DNA of 64,000 bases from Eledone cirrhosa (lineage: Eukaryota): assembly GCA_964016885.1 (NCBI GenBank), contig OZ024766.1, positions 19,406,001-19,470,000 on the forward strand, in the 5' to 3' direction. The notes under the pieces were generated by a model that had not been told where the DNA came from, searched no databases, and was given only the letters and a program-made list of their open reading frames with translations. The translations under genes and the position numbers were made by a program. Positions 26,996-41,370 of the stretch are shown piece by piece (within the stretch, counting starts at the first letter, position 1; every line of letters starts with the position of its first letter).

Positions 26996-28109
26996 GTTTC
27001 TTCTTCCCTTGGCAGAATTTACAGATGTTATTCTTGTCTTATTTTATATATTATATTCCTGAAGATATTACTTCTGCAATATTTCCGTCAACGGTGATCT
27101 CAGTCAAGATCTGAAGATGATGCAAACTTCTTTCTGATCCAAGTTTAGTTAAGGTTAAAAATCATCTGGTAAATATTTCAGATAGTGATGAAACAATACT
27201 TTTCGAAGAATTTTTCCAAGACGCACAGTTCTGAGGAAATATTTCACACTAATTCTGCCATAGATTTATATAAACAGTGTTATATGAGTTCCGTATCAAA
27301 ACCTTTAGTCTTGAAATGATGATAAATAGAGGGGACGTATTCAAGATTAAAAAATAATTTTATCCCAATGTCATCTGATATTCTGAAATAAGAAAGAAAC
27401 AGTATGAGATAATAGAGAATACTTTAGAAACAGAGATAGATTTAACATTGGATATTTTATATTTCTATATTGATAAACTGTAGATATCAACTTTCCTGTC
27501 CAGAGTTATTCTCTCCAATGTAAGCAGTGATATTCCACGATGCTCTATAAACTATATCCTTCTAACTCTTGGGAGGTCTGCTCTATAGCCTTTACCCAAG
27601 AACTTCATTCTTATATGACATTCTAACATGGTAATTGTCTGAGACCTGAGATGTGTAACTTGACAGTTCCTTGAGTAACAGTTCTTTCTACCTGGAAGGG
27701 GAAAAGTGCTGTGTAATTGCTTGATAACAGTCAAAGGATTCTCACACATGGCTACCCTAGGCACCCCAATAACATGACTTGTGTTAGGCTTGTAGACACA
27801 ATTAGGGGAAATTTTTATTCATAGGGATTACATAATTTTAGCGCTATTTTTTATCTTTTCTGTTTGGATGCCTTTCCTCTCATCAACCACTTTACAGCAA
27901 GGACTGGGTGTACTGTTTGTGACACTAGAGAGGTTATTTTAATGGTCTTAAGAGCTCATATACATACATATATATACATATGTATAAATATTTATATGTC
28001 TATACTTATATATACATATATATATATACATATAAATTTCACCAGAGATAGAAAACCAGAATTAGTCATTTAGTTTACATAATGAGACCACAACCCATCC
28101 TATTTATTT

Positions 28110-28287
28110 TAAAGGGTGGGGTGAATTAAGAGTGGGGTGGTGGTGTAAAAAACCTGAAAATTAAATGAGTGTGGGTGGGGGAAAATTATTTGAGACCTAA
28201 GTGAGGGTGGTGAACGATTATTTAAGAAAAAAGTGAGGGTGGGGAACGATTATTTGAGACCAAAGTGAGGGTGGGGGACAATCATTT
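28110..28287 (+). repeat. G-rich box with ~33-bp ATTATTTGAGACCAAAGTGAGGGTGGGG repeats (also ~34560, 42540, 52070, 59040)
   Basis: Directly visible; copy number differs between units; leads straight into the 20-bp minisatellite. Confidence 0.8.
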
Positions 28288-28814
28288 GAGCTACACACAC
28301 ATCTCCTGAGTTACACACACATCTCCTGAGTTATACACACATCTACTGAGTTATATACACATCTACTGAGTTACATACACATCTACTGAGTTATACACAC
28401 ATCTACTGAGTTATACACACATCTACTGAGTTACACACACATCTGAGTTACACATACATCTACTGAGTTACACACATATCTACTGAGTTACACACACATC
28501 TACTGAGATACATACACATCTGCTGAGTTACATACACATCTACTCAGTTATACACACATCTACTGAGTTATACACACATCTACTGAGTTATACACACATC
28601 TACTGAGTTACACAAACATCTGAGTTACATACACATCTGAGTTATACACACATCTACAGAGTTATACACACATCTGAGTTATACACACATCTGAGTTATA
28701 CACACGTCTACTGAGTTACACACACATCTACTGAGTTACACACACATCTACTGAGTTAAACACACGTATACTGAGTTACACACACATGTACATAGTTATA
28801 CACACATCTACTCA
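28288..28814. repeat. 20-bp minisatellite array
   Basis: CTACTGAGTTACACACACAT variants. Confidence 0.97.
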
Positions 28815-29481
28815 TATATATTTATAAATAGACACATTATAAAATAATTATTATATACACTCACATCTATGAATGATTGAGGAAGAGCTGGTGAAACACT
28901 AGAGCAATATGTGTGTTTCACCCATTTTGGTTTTACCGGCTACATAGCCTATCCGTATTCTTATATCAGATGTGTAGGTGTATTATCTTGTCTAGTAGGT
29001 ATAATGTATATATACAATATATATACACATATATATATGCATATATACATGAATACATATATATATATATATACACATATATTTATATATACATATTTAT
29101 ATATACTTTATACATATATATATATATATATATATACTTTATATATATAAAGTATATATAAATATTTAGACAGAAAATACGGGAAAAATTAGTCAGAAAT
29201 ATTTTAAATATAAAACGGAATAAATTAATGAAAGAAACGTAAAACAGATAAAAGTTGTTGAAATACCTTGAAAATATAAAATATAGAAGAAAGAGACAGG
29301 AATTGATTGAGTTTGAAGTAAATTAATGAATGAACGAAAGTAGGTGGGGCAGGAACAGGAAATAAAGACAGTAGAGTCTCGCAGTGAATGGTAAGGTTTA
29401 GAGTAAGAATTATTTTATTCCTGGTTGTATAAATAACATTACAAATAGCACAAATATCAAATAGATAAAAAATATATATAC

Positions 29482-29521
<40 letters not shown>

Positions 29522-29705
29522 ATATCCACACCAGGTCCGAAAAAGATATAGAGAAAGTACAGGTTCGCAGTGAATATCTCAAGAATAATTTTATTCCTGG
29601 TTGTATAAATAACATTACAAATATCAAGTAGATAAAAAAATATATATGTACACATATATATATATATATTTTATATAAATATGTATATATATATATTTTA
29701 TATAA

Positions 29706-29756
<51 letters not shown>

Positions 29757-29999
29757 ATATAAATATATATATACATATATATACACACCAGGTCCAAAAA
29801 AGATATAGAGAAAGTACAGGTTCGCAGTGAATATCTCAAGAATTATTTTATTCCTAGTTTTGTAAATAACATTACAAATTATACTTAGACGAAGAATGTG
29901 GAGTAGTAAATAAATATATATACACATAAATATGTGTATATATATATATATATATACATACACATAAATATGTGTATATATATATATATATACACATAA

Positions 30000-30032
<33 letters not shown>

Positions 30033-30475
30033 GAATTACCAATGAATACAGTGAAGAATTTAGTATAAAAGTTGGTGTTCATCAAAGCTCTGTCCTTAGC
30101 CCCCTCCTATTTATTATTGCCCTTCAAGCTAAAACAGGAGTTTAAGACTGGCTGCCCATGGGAACTTCTATACACAGATGATCTAACAGCTGAACTAGAT
30201 AAGAAATTCCAAACATGGAAGCATGGCCTAGAATCAAAAGGCCTTAAAGTTAACTTGTCTAAGACTAAAGTTCTAGTTTGTAGGAAGGAAAATAGGGCAC
30301 AGGTGCCCGCTGGGAAATGGCCATGTTCAGTGTGTAGGAAAGGAGTAGGTAGAAATTCCATTTTATGTCCCAAATACAAACTATGGGTACATAACAGACG
30401 TACTGGGAACACAGGCCAGCTATCTAAGAAAGTAGATTTTATATGTGGCTGATGCTCAGGTGCAATAAGTAGCAA
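30033..30475 (+). mobile_element. RTE RT fragment (unit copy)
   Basis: GCPWELLYTDDL...KWPCSVCRKG. Confidence 0.88.
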
Positions 30476-32190
30476 GTTCCAAATGTCAGACCTTCAATGT
30501 ATCCATACCCAGGGAGGCAAGGCATTCAGAGTATGGTAGATACTTGATGGAGGGTATTCACTTGGTTGCACGTCTCTAAACAATTTCCAGGAGGTCAATG
30601 ATCTAAGCAAGACAGGGGTTCCAGACTGGTGATGCAATTTCTAAGTGTGGCCGCACCATAGCTATTTACAGCTTTAAATAGATAGATAAATGCATAGTCG
30701 TACACTTGTACACAGCCAGCTTGAGTTGCCAGTCCGTGGTCCATTGCTGCATTGTGTCCAGATCTAGTGTTCAGGATCTGTCCTTTTTATCTCAAGGGAC
30801 AGCTCGATGTCATCTGCATATTTCAGTACTGTGACATACTTTAAGTTGCCATCTATGTCATTAATAGATGTGTCAACGGAATTCTCCTATAAATTACCTG
30901 CCGAAGATTCAAAACCGAATCTAAGAGTTCTCACATCTAGGACCACCTATCGTTGCGAGTTTCCCACCATTGTCCTGTCAAGAGACAACAATGATGAACA
31001 TACATGCCACTTGACCTGTGACCCCAGCTTCAAGATAGCTGAAACTCACACGGCTACTCATAAATCAACCCTGTATACACATCCTTCTAGCTATAGGGTT
31101 ATTATAAATACAAGTACAAAGGGAATCCAGCAGCCAGACCACGAAGCAGCAGTGCTTGAGAGAATAACGATGTGGGGTCTACAGACTTCTACTGACCTTT
31201 TACTCTATCTCTCTCTCCTGGCCTTACTGGCTCTCACCTTATCAGCCACAGACTACACCACCAAACAAGAGAGACGGAAGCAGCAGTCCTTGAGAGGAAT
31301 AACAAATACTAAGGATACACACACACTCAGTAGGTTTCATTATACTGTTTACTTCCGTGTTTTATCTATTCTTTTGTCTTCCTGTTGAATCACTTCTCGT
31401 GTATCGTTGTATTGATACATACATACACGCTAGCTCGAAGTAGCTAGTCAGCAAATTGATGTAGTGATAATTCCTGTCACAATTTTTTTGACTCGATGTT
31501 CAATGTAGCAACAAGTGAATATTGTTATTGTAAAATAAACATTGTCAACATCACAATTCTGGCATTATTCTTTTTATCATTCATACACAAAAGAATACAT
31601 TTATCCACTACATATGCAACAAACAAAAGGGGACACAAATTTCTACACACATACATTCACATATATATAGCGTGTGTAAATTCTGAACGCTACAGATTTG
31701 TCAGCACAAGTCTTGGTTACAACTTCAACAAATAAAATGAAAGGAAAAGAATTTCTTAGTAAAACAGTTTTATTGAAAATATTAACAACATTGGTGGCAC
31801 TATTTTGGGTGAGTGATATGGTTTTTATCTTGTCTGATTGTGTTGCATTAAGTAATCTTTACAAGAGAATGATTTACCACAGACATCACAGTGATATAGT
31901 TCCTCTCCTGTATATGTTAGTGTCTAGTGAAGCCACAACATTTAGACAATGATTTATTGCAGACATTACAGTGATATAGTTCCTCTCCTGTATATGTTAG
32001 TGTCTAGTGAAGCCACAATATTTAGAGAATGATTTCTCACAGATATCACAGTGATATGGTTTCTCTCCTGTATGTATATGTTTGTATGAAGTTAAGTAGC
32101 AATGAAAGAGAATAGCACAGTGGCATGGCTTCTCATATGAATGTATTTGTGTTTAATTCACCATTGTCAGATAATGAGATATTTTTTTGG

Positions 32191-33468
32191 TTATGGGTTC
32201 TCAGTCATATGGGTACGTTTGTGTCTAGTTAAGGTACCACCTTCAGTGAATGATTTACCACAGATATCACAGTGGTATGGCTTGTCTCCTGTATGGGTAC
32301 GTAAGTGTTTAGTTAAGTTACTACTTTCAGAGAAGGATATACCACAGGTATCACAGTGGTATGGCTTGTCTCCTGTATGTATACGTTTGTGTCTAGTTAA
32401 GGTACCATTTATAAAGAATGATTTACCACAGATATCACAGTGGTATGGCTTGTCTCCTGTATGGGTACGTAAGTGTGAAGTTAAGGTACAACTATCAGAG
32501 AATGATTTACTACAGATATCACAGTGGTATGGCTTGTCTCCTGTATGTATACGTTTGTGTCTAGTTAAGTTACTACTTCCAGAGAATGATATACCACAGA
32601 TATCACAGTTGTATGGCTTGTCTCCTGTATGGGTACGTATGTGTGTAGTTAAGTGACTACTATCAGAGAATGATTTACCACAGATATCACAGAGGTGTGG
32701 CTTCTCTCCTGTATGTATACGTTTGTGGGAAGTTAAGTGGCTACTTTGAGAGAATGATTTACCACAGATATCGCAGTGGTATGGCTTGTCTGCTGTATGG
32801 GTATATTTGTGTTTAGTTAAGTCACTACTATCGGAGACTGATATACCACAGATATCACAGTGGTATGGCTTGTCTCCTGTATGTATACGTATGTGTCTAG
32901 TTAAGGTACTACTTCGAGAGAATGATTTACCACAGATATCACAGTGGTGTGGCTTCTCTCCTGTATGCATAAGTTTGTGGCAAGTTAACTGACCACTTTG
33001 AGAGAATGATTTACCACAGATATCGCAGTGGTATGGCTTGACTCCTGTATGTATACGTTTGTGTGGAATTAACTGACCACTTTTCGAGAATGATTTACCA
33101 CAGATATCACAGTGGTATGGCTTGTCTCCTGTATGTATACGTTTGTGGCAAGTTAAGTGGCTACTTTGAGAGAATGATTTACCACAGATATCGCATTGGT
33201 ATGGCTTGTCTCCTGTATGTGTTCGTTTGTGTGGAATTAACTGACCACTTCCAGAGAATGATTTACCACAGATTTCGCAGTGGTATGGCTTGTCTCCTGT
33301 ATGTATACGTATGTGTCTAGTTAAGTTACTACTTATATAGAATGATTTACCACAGACATCACAGTGATATGGTTTCTCTCCTCTAGACTTTGGCATCTCT
33401 TCTGGAATAGCCATATCTCTAGACAATGTTTCACATTTAATCTTCTTCACACTCAATTTCGTTTCCAT
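32191..33468 (-). CDS. C2H2 zinc-finger protein Z2, 14 fingers
   Basis: 425-aa ORF ending HMTENP*; finger-for-finger colinear with Z5. Confidence 0.93.
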   Translation of the reverse strand: METKLSVKKIKCETLSRDMAIPEEMPKSRGEKPYHCDVCGKSFYISSNLTRHIRIHTGDKPYHCEICGKSFSGSGQLIPHKRTHTGDKPYQCDICGKSFSQSSHLTCHKRIHTGDKPYHCDICGKSFSKSGQLIPHKRIHTGVKPYHCDICGKSFSQSGQLTCHKLMHTGEKPHHCDICGKSFSRSSTLTRHIRIHTGDKPYHCDICGISVSDSSDLTKHKYTHTADKPYHCDICGKSFSQSSHLTSHKRIHTGEKPHLCDICGKSFSDSSHLTTHIRTHTGDKPYNCDICGISFSGSSNLTRHKRIHTGDKPYHCDICSKSFSDSCTLTSHLRTHTGDKPYHCDICGKSFFINGTLTRHKRIHTGDKPYHCDTCGISFSESSNLTKHLRTHTGDKPYHCDICGKSFTEGGTLTRHKRTHMTENP

Positions 33469-34704
33469 GTTTCTTCTTCCCTTGGCAGAATTTACAGATG
33501 TTATTCTCGTCTTATTTTATATATTATATTCCTGAAGATATTTCTACTGCTATATTTCCGGCAACGGTGATCTCAGTCAAGATCTGAAGATGATGCAAAC
33601 TTCTTTCTGATCCAAGTTTAGTAAAGATTCAAAATCATCTTGTAAATATTTCAGATGCTGATGAAACAATACTTTTCCAAGAATTTTTCCAAGACACACA
33701 GTTCTGAGGAAATATTTCACACTAATTCTGCCATAGATTTATATAAACAGTGTTATATGAGTTCCGTATCAAAACCTTTAGTCTTGAAATGATGATAAAT
33801 AGAGGGGATGTATTCAAGATTAAAAAATAATGTTATCCCAATGTCATCTGATATTCTGAAATAAGAAAGAAACAGTATGAGATAATAGAGAATTCTTTAG
33901 AAACAGAGATAGATTTAACATTGGAAATTTTAAATTTCTATATTGATAAACTGTAGATATCAACTTTCCTGTCCAGAGTTATTCTCTCCAATGTAAGCAG
34001 TGATATTCCACGATGCTCTATAAACTATATCCTTCTAACTCTTGGTAGGTCTGCTCTATAGCCTTTACCCAAGAACTTCATTCTTATATGACATTCTAAC
34101 ATGGTAATTGTCTGAGACCTGAGATGTGTAACTTGACAGTTCCTTGAGTAACAGTTCTTTCTACCTGGAAGGGGAAAAGTGCTGTGTAATTGCTTGATAA
34201 CAGTAAAAGGATTCTCACACATGGCTACCCGAGGCACCCCAATAACATGACTTGTGTTAGGCTTGTAGACACAATTAGTGGGAATTTTTATTCGTAGGGA
34301 TTACATAATTTTAGCACTATTTTTTATCTTTTCTGTTTGGATGCCTTTCCTCTCATCAACCACTTTACAGCAAGGACTGGGTGTATTGTTTGTGGCACTA
34401 GAGAGGTTATTTTACTGGTCTTAAGAGCTCATATATATACATATATATATACATATGTATATACATATATACATATACATATAAATTTCACCAGAGATAG
34501 AAAACCAGAATTAGGCATTTAGTTTACATAATGAGACCCCAACCCATCCTATTTATTTTAAAGGGTGGGGTGAATTAAGCGTGGGGTGGTGGTGTAAAAA
34601 ATCTGAAAATTAAATGAGGGTGGGGGAAAATTATTTGTTTGAGACCAAAGTGAGGGTGGGGGACGATTATTTGGGACCAAAGTTAGAGTCGGGAACGATT
34701 ATTT

Positions 34705-35545
34705 GAGCTACACACACATCTGAGTTACACACACATCTACTGAGTTATACACACATCTACTGAGTTACACACACATCTGAGTTACACACACATCTACTGA
34801 GTTATACACACATCTACTGAGTTACACACACATCTACTGAGTTATACACACATCTACTGAGTTATACACACATCTGAGTTACACACATCTACTGTGTTAC
34901 ACACATCTACTACGTTACACACATCTACTGCGTTACACACACATCTACTGAGCTACACACATATCTACTGAGTTACACACACATCTACAGAGTTACACAC
35001 ACATCTACTGAGTTACACACACATCCACTGAGTTACATACACATCTACAGAGTTACACACACATCTGAGTTACACACACATCTACTGAGTTACACACACA
35101 TCTACTGAGTTACATACACATCTACTGAGCTACACACATCTACTGAGTTACACACACATCTGAGTTACACACACATCTACTGAGTTACATACACACATCT
35201 ACTGAGTTACATACACACATCTACTGAGTTACACACACATCTACTGAGTTACATACACATCTACTGAGTTACATACACATCTACTGAGTTACATACACAT
35301 CTACTAAGTTACACACACATCTGAGTTACACACACATCTACTGAGTTACATACACACATCTACTGAGTTATACACACATCTACTGAGTTACACACACATC
35401 TCCTGAGTTATATACACATCTACTGAGTTACACACACATCTACTGAGTTATACACACGTCTACTGAGTTACACACACATCTACTGAGTTACACACACATC
35501 TACAGAGTTATACACACATCTACTGAGTTATACACACATCTACTT
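34705..35545. repeat. 20-bp minisatellite array
   Basis: CTACTGAGTTACACACACAT variants. Confidence 0.97.
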
Positions 35546-36573
35546 ATACATTTTTATAAATAGACACATTATACAAAATAATTATTATATACACACACAT
35601 CTATGAATGATTGTGGAAGAGCTGGTGAAACACTATAGCAGTGTTTCACCCCTTTTGGTTTTACCGGCTACATAGCCTATCCGTATTCTTATATCAGATG
35701 TGAAGGTGTATTATCTTGTCTAGTATGTATAATGTATGTATGTATGTAGATATACTATATATATACACATATATATATGCATATATACATGAATACATAT
35801 ATATATATATATATAGACATATATTTATATATACTTTATATATATATATATTTATACTTTATATATATATATACTTTATATATATATATATACTTTATAT
35901 ATATATATATTTTATATATATATATACTTTATATAAATAGACAGAAAATACGGGAAAAATTAGTCAGAAATATTTTAAATATAAAACGGAATAAATTAAT
36001 GAAAGAAACGTAAAAAAGATAAAAATTGTTGAAATACCTTGAAAATATAAAATATAGAAGAAAGAGGCAGGAATTGATTGAGTTTGAAGTAAATTAATGA
36101 ATGAACGAAAGTAGGTGGGGCAGGAACAGGAAGTAAAGACAGTAGAGTCTCGCAGTGAATGGTAAGGTTTAGAGTAAGAATTATTTTATACCTGGTTGTA
36201 TAAATAACATTACAAATTATACTGAGACAAATAATGTGCTGTAGAAAATATATATATTTATTAAAATAACAGATTAAAGTTTAAGCAAAGAATCGCTGCT
36301 TTCACCCTTAACGGGATCTTCTGAAACTAACAAAGTCAATCTGTAAACGCAGAACTGGATATATATATATATATGCGCCAGGTTCAAAAAAGATATAGAG
36401 AAAGTACAGGTTCGCAGTGAATATCACAAGAATTATTTTATTCCTAGTTTTGTAAATAACATTACAAATTGTACTTAGACGAAGAATGTGGAGTAGTAAA
36501 TATATATATATATACACATAAATATGTATATATATATACATACACATAAATATGTGTATATATATACACATAA

Positions 36574-36613
<40 letters not shown>

Positions 36614-36646
36614 GTAAATATGTGTATATACATATATATATATAGA

Positions 36647-37090
36647 GAATTACCAATGAATACAGTGAAGAATTTAGAATAAAAGTTGGTGTTCATCAAA
36701 GCTCTGTCCTTAGCCCCTCCAATTTATTATTGCCCTTCAGGCTAAAACAGAGGAGTTTAAGACAGGCTGCCCATGGGAACTTCTATACACAGATGATCTA
36801 ACAGCTGAACTAGATAAGAAATTCCAAACATGGAAGCAAGGCCTAGAATCAAAAGGCCTTAAAGTTAACTTGTCTAAGACTAAAGTTCTAGTTTGTAGGA
36901 AGGAAAATAGGGCACAGGTGCCCTCTGGGAAATGGCCATGTTCAGTGTGTAGGAAAGGAGTAGGTAGAAATTCCATTTTATGTCCCAAATACAAACTATG
37001 GGTACATAACAGACGTACTGGGAACACAGGCCAGCTATCTAAGAAAGTAGATTTTATATGTGGCTGATGCTCAGGTGCAATAAGTAGCAA
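36647..37090 (+). mobile_element. RTE RT fragment (unit copy)
   Basis: Same motifs as 23457-23900. Confidence 0.88.
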
Positions 37091-38204
37091 GTTCCAGACG
37101 TTGGACCTTCAATGTATCCATACCCAGGGAGGCAAGGCATTCAGAGTATGGTAGATGGTTGATGGAGCATATTCACTTGGTTGCACGTCTCTAAACAATT
37201 TCCAGGAGGTCAATGTTCTGAGCAAGACAGGGGTTCCAGACTGGTGATTCAATTTCTAAGTGTGGCCACACCATAGCTATTTACAGCTTTAAATAGATAG
37301 ATAAATGCATGGTCGTACACTTGTACACAGCCAGCTTCAGTTGCCAGTCCGTGGTCCATTGCTCCATGGCTACTCATAAATCAACCCTGTATACACATCT
37401 AGCTATAGGGTTATTATAAATACAAGTACAAAGGGAATCCAGCAGCCAGACCACGAAGCACTAGTCCTTAAGAGAATAATGATGTGAAACATTCACATTC
37501 TACAGACCCCTTGGGGTCTACAGACTTCTACTGACCTTTTACTCTATCTCTCTCTCCTGGCCTTACTGGCTCTCACCTTCTTGGCCACAGACTACACCAC
37601 CAAACAGGAGAGACCAAAGCAGCAGTCCTTGAGAGGAATAACAAATACTAAGGATACACACACACTCAGTAGGTTTCATTATACTGTTTACTTCTGTGTT
37701 TTATCTATTCTTTCGTCTTCCTGTTGAATCACTTCTCTTGTGTCGTTGTATTGATACATACATACACGCTAGCTCGAAGTAGCTAGTCAGAAAATTGATG
37801 TAGTGATAATTCCTGTCACAAATTTTATTACTTGATATTCAATGTAGCAACAAGTTAATATTGTTATTGTAAAATAAACATTGTCAACATCACAATTCTG
37901 GCATTATTCTTTTTATCATTCATACACAAAAGAATACATTTATCCACTACATATGCAACAAATAAAAGGGGACACAAATTTCAACACACATACATTTCAC
38001 ATATATATAGAGAATGTAAATTCTGAACAATACAGATTTGTCAGCACAAGTCTTGGTTACAAATTCTACAAATAAAATGAAAGGGGAAGAATTTCTTAGT
38101 AAAACAGTTTTATTCAAAATATTAACATTGGTGGCACTATTTTGGGTGAGTGATATGGTTTTTATCTTGTCTGATTGTGTTGCATTAAGTAATTTTTACA
38201 AGAG

Positions 38205-38810
38205 AATGATTTACCACAGACATCAGAGTGATATAGTTCCTCTCCTGTATATGTTAGTGTCTAGTGAAGCCCCAACATTTAGACAATGATTTACCAGACA
38301 TCACAGTGATATGGTTCCTCTCCTATATATGGTAGTGTGTAGTGAAGCCACAACATTTAGACAATGATTTACCAGACATCACAGTGATATGGTTCCTCTC
38401 CTGTATATGGTAGTGTCTAGAGAAGCCCCAACATTTAGACAATGATTTACCAGACATCACAGTGATATGGTTCCTCTCCTGTAAATGTTATTGTCTAGTG
38501 AAGCCACAACATTTAGACAATGATTTACTGCAGACATTACAGTGATGTAGTTCCTCTCCTGTAAATGTTAGTCTAGTGAAGCCACAATATTTAGAGAAGG
38601 ATTTACTGCAGACATCACAGTGATATAGTTCCTCTCCTGTAAATGTTAGTGTGTAGTGAAGCCACAACATATAGAGAATGATTTACCACAGACATCACAG
38701 TGATATGGTTCCTCTCCTGTAAATGTTAGTGTCTAGTGAAGCCACAACATTTAGAGAAGGATTTACCACGGACATCACAGTGATATAGTTCCTCTCCTGT
38801 AAATGTTAGT
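38205..38810 (-). repeat. ~80-bp degenerate finger-derived repeat in the Z3 3' UTR (~7-8 copies)
   Basis: Unit CATCACAGTGATATAGTTCCTCTCCTGTATATGTTAGTGTCTAGTGAAGCCACAACATTTAGACAATGATTTACCACAGA is a finger module lacking 4 bp. Confidence 0.9.
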
Positions 38811-39246
38811 GCCGAATGAAGTGAGTTATTTCAGAGAATGATTTCCCACAGATATCACAGTGATATGGTTTCTCTCCTGTATGTATATGTTTGTGTCTAG
38901 TTGAACAAGCTATCATGGATAACAATTTACCACAAATTTTACAGTGATATGGCTTTTCTCCAGTACATATATGTTTGTATGAAGTTAATGCAGCAATGAA
39001 AGAGAATAGCACAGTGGCATGGCTTCTCATATGAATATATTTGTGTTTAATTCACCATTTTCAGACAATGAGATATTTTTTTGGTTATGGGTTCTCAGCC
39101 ATATGGGTATATTTGTGTCTAGTTAAACTACTTGATACAGATAATGATTTACCTCAGATATCACAGTGGTATGGCTTATCTCCTGTATGGGTACGTTTGT
39201 CTGTAATTAATTGAAAACTTCGAGAGAATGTTTTACCTCAGATATC

Positions 39247-41370
39247 TCAGTGGTATGGCTTGTCTCCTGGATGTGTACGTTTGTGTGTAATTAAGTGACT
39301 ACTTTGAGAGAATGATGTACCACAGATATCACAGTGATATGGCTTGTCTCCTGTATGTGTACGTTTGTGGCTAGTTAAGTTACCACTTTCAGAGAATGAT
39401 TTACCACAGATATCACAGTGGTATGGCTTGTCTCCTGTATGTATACGTAAGTGTTTAGTTAAGGTACTACTTACAGAGAATGATTTACCACAGATATCAC
39501 AGTGGTATGGCTTGTCTCCTGTATGGGTACGTTTGTGTGTAGTTAAACTACTTGATACAGAGAACGATTTACCACAGATATCACAGTGGTATGGCCTGTC
39601 TCCTGTATGTATACGTTTGTGTCTACTTAAGTTACTACTTCCAGAGAATGATATACCACAGATATCACAGTGGTATGGTTTGTCTCCAGTATGGGTACGT
39701 TCGTGTTTAGTTAAGGTACCACCTTCAGAGAATGATTTACCACAGATATTACAGTGGTATGACTTGTCTCCTGTATGGGGACGTAAATGTGTAGTTAACT
39801 TACTACTATCAGAGAATGATTTACCAGAGATATCGCAGCGGTATGGCCTGTCTCCTGTATGGGTATGTTTGTGTTTAGTTAAGGTACTACCTTCAGAGAA
39901 TGATTTACCACAGATATCGCAGTGGTATGACATGTCTCCTGTATGTATACGTTTGTGGCAAGTTAAGTGGCTACTTTGAGAGAATGATTTACCACAGATT
40001 TCACAGTGGTATGGCTTGTCTCCTGTATGGGTACGTAAGTGTTTAGTTAAGGTACTACTATCAGAGAATGATTTACCACAGATATCACAGTGGTATGGCT
40101 TGTCTCCTGTATGGGTATATTTGTGTCTAGTTAAACTACTTGATACAGAGAATAATTTACCACAGATATCACAGTGGTATGGCTTGTCTCCTGTATGGGT
40201 ATATTTGTGTCTAGTTAAACTACTTGAAACAGAGAATAATTTACCACAGATATCGCAGTGGTATGACTTGTCTCCTGTATGGGTACGTAAGTGTTTAGTT
40301 AAGGTACTACTATCAGAGAATGATATACCACAGATATCACAGTGGTATGGCTTGTCTCCTGTATGTATACGTTTGTGTCTAGTTAAGTGACTACTTTTAG
40401 AGAATGATATACCACAGATATCACAGTGGTATGGCTTGTCTCCTGTATGTATACGTTTGTGTCTAGTTAAGGTACCATTTATAAAGAATGATTTACCACA
40501 GATATCACAGTGGTATGGCTTGTCTCCTGTATGGGTACGTAAGTGTGAAGGTAAGTTACTACTATTAGAGAATGATTTACCACAGATTTCGCAGTGGTAT
40601 GGCTTGTCTCCTGTATGTATACGTTTGTGTCTAGTTAAGTGACTACTTTTAGAGAATGATTCACCACAGATATCACAGTGGTATGGCTTGTCTCCTGTAT
40701 GTATACGTTTGTGTCTAGTTAAGTGACTACTTTTAGAGAATGATTTACCACAGATATCACAGTGGTATGGCTTGTCTCCTGTATGTATACGTATGTGTGT
40801 AGTTAAGTTACTACTTCGAGAGAATGATCTACCACAGATATCACAGTGGTATGGCTTGTCTCCTGTATGTATACGTTTGTGGGAAGTTAAGTTGCTACTT
40901 TGAGAGAATGATTTACCACAGATTTCGCAATGGTATGGCTTGTCTGCTGTATGTATACGTATGTGTGTAGTTAAGTGACTACCTTTAGAGAATGATATAC
41001 CACAGATATCACAGTGGTATGGCTTGTCTCCTGTATGTATATGTATGTGTGTAGTTAAGTGACTACTTCGAGAGAATGATTTACCACAGATATCACAGTG
41101 GTGTGGCTTCTCTCCTGTATGTATACGTTTGTGTCTAGTTAAGGTACTACTTTGAGAGAATGATTTACCACAGATATCGCAGTGGTATGGCTTGTCTCCT
41201 GTATGTGTACGTTTGTGTGGAATTAACTGACAATTTTGAGAGAATGATTTACCACAGATATCACAGTGATATGGTTTCTCTCCTCTAGACTTTGGCATCT
41301 CTTCTGGAATAGCCATATCTCTAGACAATGTTTCACATTTCATCTTCTTCTCACTCAATTTAGTTTCCAT
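39247..41370 (-). CDS. C2H2 zinc-finger protein Z3, 24 fingers (one with CDIS)
   Basis: 707-aa ORF; ends at a TGA that occupies a Cys codon. Confidence 0.92.
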   Translation of the reverse strand: METKLSEKKMKCETLSRDMAIPEEMPKSRGEKPYHCDICGKSFSQNCQLIPHKRTHTGDKPYHCDICGKSFSQSSTLTRHKRIHTGEKPHHCDICGKSFSRSSHLTTHIHIHTGDKPYHCDICGISFSKGSHLTTHIRIHTADKPYHCEICGKSFSQSSNLTSHKRIHTGDKPYHCDICGRSFSRSSNLTTHIRIHTGDKPYHCDICGKSFSKSSHLTRHKRIHTGDKPYHCDICGESFSKSSHLTRHKRIHTGDKPYHCEICGKSFSNSSNLPSHLRTHTGDKPYHCDICGKSFFINGTLTRHKRIHTGDKPYHCDICGISFSKSSHLTRHKRIHTGDKPYHCDICGISFSDSSTLTKHLRTHTGDKSYHCDICGKLFSVSSSLTRHKYTHTGDKPYHCDICGKLFSVSSSLTRHKYTHTGDKPYHCDICGKSFSDSSTLTKHLRTHTGDKPYHCEICGKSFSQSSHLTCHKRIHTGDMSYHCDICGKSFSEGSTLTKHKHTHTGDRPYRCDISGKSFSDSSKLTTHLRPHTGDKSYHCNICGKSFSEGGTLTKHERTHTGDKPYHCDICGISFSGSSNLSRHKRIHTGDRPYHCDICGKSFSVSSSLTTHKRTHTGDKPYHCDICGKSFSVSSTLTKHLRIHTGDKPYHCDICGKSFSESGNLTSHKRTHTGDKPYHCDICGTSFSQSSHLITHKRTHPGDKPYH

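Noticed and set aside
26996-27382. Upstream KRAB or SET exon (PRDM9 or KRAB-ZNF identity)
   Set aside because: An in-frame TAA lies just upstream of the METK start and no effector domain is visible, so no gene symbol is assigned.
27552-27764. 70-aa MPRVAMCENP ORF present in six copies
   Set aside because: Lies in the predicted intron, starts at a non-ATG codon and has no domain; its conservation follows from unit duplication.
28911-30085. YI/IY-rich ORFs here and in the other units
   Set aside because: Translations of (TA)n microsatellites.
30807-31388. 193-aa ORF
   Set aside because: Crosses the CR1/LTR-like junction and is disrupted in the paralogous units.
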